DNA of 64,000 bases from Sphagnum compactum (taxonomy: Eukaryota): the NCBI GenBank assembly GCA_965153455.1, contig OZ234493.1:22124213-22188212 (forward strand), given 5' to 3'. The notes beneath the pieces are model-generated. The model was given only the letters and a program-made list of their open reading frames with translations, was not told the origin of the DNA and made no database searches. A program made the translations under genes and the position numbers. Position 1 is the first letter of the stretch; the number at the start of each line of letters is the position of its first letter. This document shows positions 63,611-64,000 of the stretch, piece by piece.

Positions 63611-64000
63611 ATTATCACATTTAAAATTCACACTTAAAATTCATCTATTTAGTTTAGACATTTCTTTTTCAGGGTTTGGACCAGTGTTGTTCCCGTTCTT
63701 AATTCTCAAAGGAACCTTGGGATTTTATTTAAAGATAATACTTGTTGTTTTAACTGCAAAAGAAAGTTGTATAAACACAAAAACTTGAAAATAAATTTCA
63801 TACTCTAGAAAGATATCATCTAGATTTTAGACTATTTTAAGGTATATGACAAAAATGAGGAAAAAATAATAAAACTTCATTGGCATAATTTGAAGTCAAT
63901 TGTAAAGGGTGAATGCATGGTTCAGTGCTTCATTTTTGGTGTCACAATTGTTTTTGTTGTAAGGTCCATTATGTTTAGATCCGTGCAATGATTAACATGA

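Overview
Eukaryotic, intron-rich, AT-rich land-plant genomic DNA. The repeat families resemble those I associate with bryophytes, most likely Sphagnum; that assignment is inference from memory. I could reconstruct eight apparently intact genes with GT-AG introns. (1) A five-exon kinase (1307-5304) that appears chimeric: a plant MLKL-like four-helix N-terminus, a catalytically complete non-RD kinase and a BSK-type TPR tail. (2) A prokaryote-like aldo-keto reductase with a transit peptide. (3) An intronless PAP/fibrillin-domain gene. (4, 5) Two phi-class GSTs with atypical active-site residues. (6) Organellar ribosomal protein L25. (7) A Lys-rich, probably nucleolar protein. (8) A CIB/BPE-type (subfamily XII) bHLH. 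Two GST pseudogenes are also present, one from a ~2 kb inverted duplication. Intergenic DNA holds a deleted hAT element with a perfect 8-bp TSD, a probable solo LTR, three non-autonomous Helitrons (two head-to-tail), two CACTA mini-elements, a Harbinger relic, a foldback element, a TIR-bounded 55-bp tandem array and a telomere-repeat palindrome. The best novelty candidate is the 4HB-kinase-BSK-TPR fusion. No tRNA, rRNA or CRISPR was recognised. All gene models are hand-spliced and all family assignments come from remembered motifs, not database searches.
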